NCBI RefSeq assembly: GCF_000143415.4
Contig: NW_003314391.1
Span: 248,001-312,000 of the forward strand
Origin: Selaginella moellendorffii
Lineage: Eukaryota; Plantae; Lycopodiophyta
Direction: 5' to 3'
Length of the DNA: 64,000 bases
A program made the position numbers and the translations under genes. The notes below the pieces were generated by a model that was given only the letters and a program-made list of their open reading frames with translations, was not told the DNA's origin and did not search any database. Shown piece after piece: positions 60,982 to 64,000 of the stretch; within the stretch, counting starts at the first letter, position 1; each line of letters opens with the position of its first letter.

Positions 60982-63554
60982 TCGTGGTGTTTGAAGAGAT
61001 TCGCGAGCATCACGTATGGAGCTGAGTCTGTGGGACTCAATCCCGCCGCTCGCTGAGCAGCTCGCAAGCCGAGGTCGCGATTTTCGCTGCCACCGTCAAC
61101 CCGGCATGCGCTCAGCACGCTCGTCCAAGCGGCAGCGTCTGGCTCAAAAGGCATGGATCTTATGAGCTGTTCGACGTCGCGAAGTTTTCCAGCGCGAGCG
61201 AGGACGTCGATGATGCAGCTATACATCTCCAGCGTGGGGGTGATGGAGTAATTGTGCAGCATCGCTCCAAACAGTGCGAGGCCATCGTCAAGCATCCCAG
61301 CGTGAGCGCATGCCGAGACGGCGGCCTTGAAAGTCACCTGATCTGGAGAGTTTCCTTCGAGCTCCATGGCCTGGAGATACTCCATGGCGAGATCGAGCTG
61401 CCCGTTATCAGCGTGAGCCGCGACTACGGCAGTGTAGAGAACGGTGTCTCGGGCTTCCATCCCCTGGAAGATATTCATTGCTTCGTCCAGCCCTCCACAC
61501 TTCCCATAGAAGCTCACGAGCGAGCTTCCGAGTTCCGGGGAGCGGCTGATGCTGGTGAGCGAGATCTCACTGTGGATCGATCGCCCCTCGTCCAGAGCTC
61601 CCAAACCAGCGCAGGCATCGACGGCGGCAGCGTAAGTCAGCTCGTCGATCGCCACCGATTCCTCGTTCCTCATTCTCCGGAAGAGCTCCACGGCCAGTCT
61701 CATATGCCCGTTACGGGCATACGCTCCAACCATAGCGTTCCAGGTGAGAGTGTTTCGATCGGTCATGCTATCAAAGACTCTTCTCGCTTCTTCGACGCTG
61801 CCAACTTGTCCATAGCCGGTGATCATCGCATTGCACGCTGCTGGAGAGTGCCGTGGCATTCTCTCAAATACATCCCTTGCTTTGTCGAGATGACCATTCG
61901 CGGCATAGGCTCCAAGCATCGCATTCCAGGCCGCGAGATCTTTCTCAGGCATGGCATCAAAAGTCCCTCTAGCACTAGCAAGATCGCATAGCTCACCGTA
62001 CATGGTGATCATAGTTGTCCACGAAACCACGTCCCTGAGAGGCATTTTAGAAAAGAGACTTTCAGCTTGGAACAAATGCCCAAGCTGGGCATATGCAGAA
62101 ATGATAGAGTTCCACGATGCTGTATCCCGCATTGGCATTCTATCAAACAGTCCTCTCGCCTCGTCGATGAATCCAGCCTGAGAGAGCGCCGCTATAAGGC
62201 AATTCCACGAGATTGGATCGCGCTCCGGCATCTCCAGAAAGAGATCCATCGCCTCGTCCAGAAGCCCATTCCCGGCAAATCCCGCAACCATGGCATTCCA
62301 CGACACGAGATTCCTCTGCGGCATCTTCACGAACACCTCCCTCGCATCCTCCACGAAACCTCGCTCGCAAAACCCCACCAAGAGCGCCGTCCACGACACG
62401 GAGTCGTGCTCCGGCATCGCCTCTTCGACCGTGCGCCTCGCCACGTCTAAGCTTCCGTGCTGCGAATATCCCACAACCATTGAGTTGTACGACACGAGAT
62501 CCCTCTCTTGCATTGCGGAGGAGAAGAGCTTCTCGGCCTCGTCCAAGCTTTGGTTGTGTACGTACGCCGCAAGCATCGAGTTCCACGAGACGATGTCCGG
62601 CTCTGGGATGCCGTCGAAGATCCGCTTGGCATCCGCGAGATGCCCTGGCCTGTGGGTGTACGCTGCGATCATCGCGTTCCAGGTGACGTTGTTCGTCCCG
62701 GGCATCTTTTCCATGAGCGACAGTGCCTCGTCCACAAGGCCGTGGTGGGCGATTGTGCTGAGCAGCGTGTTAAACGAGATGAGATCCTTCTGGGGCATTT
62801 GTTCAAACACAGTTCTCGCCTGGGAGATCTGGTTGCTCTGCGAGAACGCACAAAGTAGAGTGTTCCACGAGACGAGATTGTGCTGTGGCATCCGATTGAA
62901 AGCCTCTGCGACGCTGGAGGTTTTTCCGGCTTGGCAGTAGGCACTCAAGAGAGTGTTCCACGACACAATGTCTCGCTCCTTCATCGCTTGAAACAACGTT
63001 TCCACTCCATGCAAATGCCCCAGCCGGGCATTTGTCGCAAGCATGATATTCCAAGTTACTGTGTCCTGCTGTGGCATTTTCTCAAACAAACTCATGGCCT
63101 CTTCCTCATGCCCAGCTTGTGTATAGGCTGATATCATTGAGTTCCATGAGACCACCACTCTTGGTTCCGGCATCAAATCAAAAAGTTGACGCGCTTCTTC
63201 AAGATGCCCTTTTTGGGCATATGCGGTGATCATGGTGTTCCACGAGACTGAGTTTCTTACGGGCATCTTGTCAAACATCTTCTTTGCCTGCTCGAGGCGA
63301 TTGTTAAGGACAAAAACAGATAACATGATGTTCCAGCTGAAAACATTCGGCTGGATTGTGTGCTCGAACACCTTTTGTGCATCCGCCACGCTCCCGCATT
63401 TGCCATACATGTCTATGAGGAGGTTTGAAAGGTAGAGCTTGCCGCTGTGCTCGCCACCAGCGATGGATTCGTGGATTTGCCTTCCCTCGAAGAGATTCCT
63501 CTTTTTCCCGCATTGCCGTAGCAAATCGGCATACTCGGACACTGAACAAGACAT
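60930..63554 (-). CDS. PLS-class PPR protein with E domain, 874 aa, intronless
   Basis: More than 20 short PPR motifs; SACAHAG, YSCIIDVLARAG, AWTSVLSAC, SAPYVMLANLF; no DYW domain. Confidence 0.95.
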   Translation of the reverse strand: MSCSVSEYADLLRQCGKKRNLFEGRQIHESIAGGEHSGKLYLSNLLIDMYGKCGSVADAQKVFEHTIQPNVFSWNIMLSVFVLNNRLEQAKKMFDKMPVRNSVSWNTMITAYAQKGHLEEARQLFDLMPEPRVVVSWNSMISAYTQAGHEEEAMSLFEKMPQQDTVTWNIMLATNARLGHLHGVETLFQAMKERDIVSWNTLLSAYCQAGKTSSVAEAFNRMPQHNLVSWNTLLCAFSQSNQISQARTVFEQMPQKDLISFNTLLSTIAHHGLVDEALSLMEKMPGTNNVTWNAMIAAYTHRPGHLADAKRIFDGIPEPDIVSWNSMLAAYVHNQSLDEAEKLFSSAMQERDLVSYNSMVVGYSQHGSLDVARRTVEEAMPEHDSVSWTALLVGFCERGFVEDAREVFVKMPQRNLVSWNAMVAGFAGNGLLDEAMDLFLEMPERDPISWNCLIAALSQAGFIDEARGLFDRMPMRDTASWNSIISAYAQLGHLFQAESLFSKMPLRDVVSWTTMITMYGELCDLASARGTFDAMPEKDLAAWNAMLGAYAANGHLDKARDVFERMPRHSPAACNAMITGYGQVGSVEEARRVFDSMTDRNTLTWNAMVGAYARNGHMRLAVELFRRMRNEESVAIDELTYAAAVDACAGLGALDEGRSIHSEISLTSISRSPELGSSLVSFYGKCGGLDEAMNIFQGMEARDTVLYTAVVAAHADNGQLDLAMEYLQAMELEGNSPDQVTFKAAVSACAHAGMLDDGLALFGAMLHNYSITPTLEMYSCIIDVLARAGKLRDVEQLIRSMPFEPDAAAWTSVLSACRVDGGSENRDLGLRAAQRAAGLSPTDSAPYVMLANLFKHHDHRSIGATPLTNPDARV

Positions 63555-63676
63555 CGGAAAAGTGTGATCTTGTCGACGCCAGGAATTCGTGAGATTCTTC
63601 TTATTACGTTACTGCTACTCCCTCTCTCTCGATCCGGCTATAAGACCTCCGGGAAATGCCACATCCTTGGTGGCAA

Positions 63677-64000
63677 ATGGCTCGTCAGGAAATGTCTCTC
63701 GTATCCTTCCTCCGCAGCAATGGAATCACTCACGTCCTCCGGAACGACGAATCACAGGTAAAAGCCTCCTATACTTTAGAAAGGGGACAAACGTATGATA
63801 CTGTATCTTCTTCTTTGTGATCTTCACTTGGAAAGGTGGAGACTAAGGTGCTCGAAGGAAAGATCGTTGGCTTGCTCTTCTCGGTGGAATCAAACAAGTC
63901 ATGCAGCACCTTCGTCAACAAGCTGCTGGGTATCTACGATGAAATCCAAAAGATTTCCACCGCTGGCGCTGGTGGTGTTGGATTCGAAGTGGTGTTTGTT
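63677..64000 (+). CDS. Nucleoredoxin-like (thioredoxin-fold) gene, 5' part (exon 63677-63757, exon 63836 to window end)
   Basis: Spliced MARQEMSLVSFLRSNGITHVLRNDESQ/VETKVLEGKIVGLLFSVESNKSCSTFVNKLLGIYDEIQ...FEVVFV matches the first NRX domain. Absent from the ORF track. An alternative in-frame ATG lies at 63656. Confidence 0.75.

Noticed and set aside
61254-62940. Long antisense ORFs over PPR, UGT and GULLO genes
   Set aside because: Shadow ORFs expected from GC-rich codon usage on the opposite strand.

Overview
Compact plant nuclear DNA. The ~50-60 nt introns, PLS-class PPR genes and gene content look like the lycophyte Selaginella, which is an inference from style rather than a database match. 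The left 18 kb is gene-dense. It holds a UGT, an inverted pair of secreted L-gulonolactone-oxidase-like genes, a plastid sugar transporter, a stand-alone MFAP1 C-terminal minigene, two orphan genes, and broken copies of DIM1, NTT, BDP1 and PPR genes. From 18.5 to 57 kb is a nested retroelement block: a full-length small Ty3/Gypsy (175-bp LTRs, 4-bp TSD), a decayed second copy with a TRIM inside it, a chromovirus with a group-I chromodomain, and a young non-coding composite element. Also in this block is an AT-rich cyanovirin-N-like gene inside an inverted repeat with ~0.8-kb arms. The right end has a Sola2-like transposase relic, two PPR genes with overlapping 3' coding ends, and the start of an atypical nucleoredoxin-like gene. 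Most notable: (1) the 44-52.5 kb element alternates chromovirus-type LTRs with a Cassandra-like module (PBS, short internal, PPT, 5S-rRNA-promoter mini-LTR); (2) this element and the chromovirus 3' UTR share multi-hairpin RNA modules, including two tRNA T-arm mimics, conserved by compensatory base changes.
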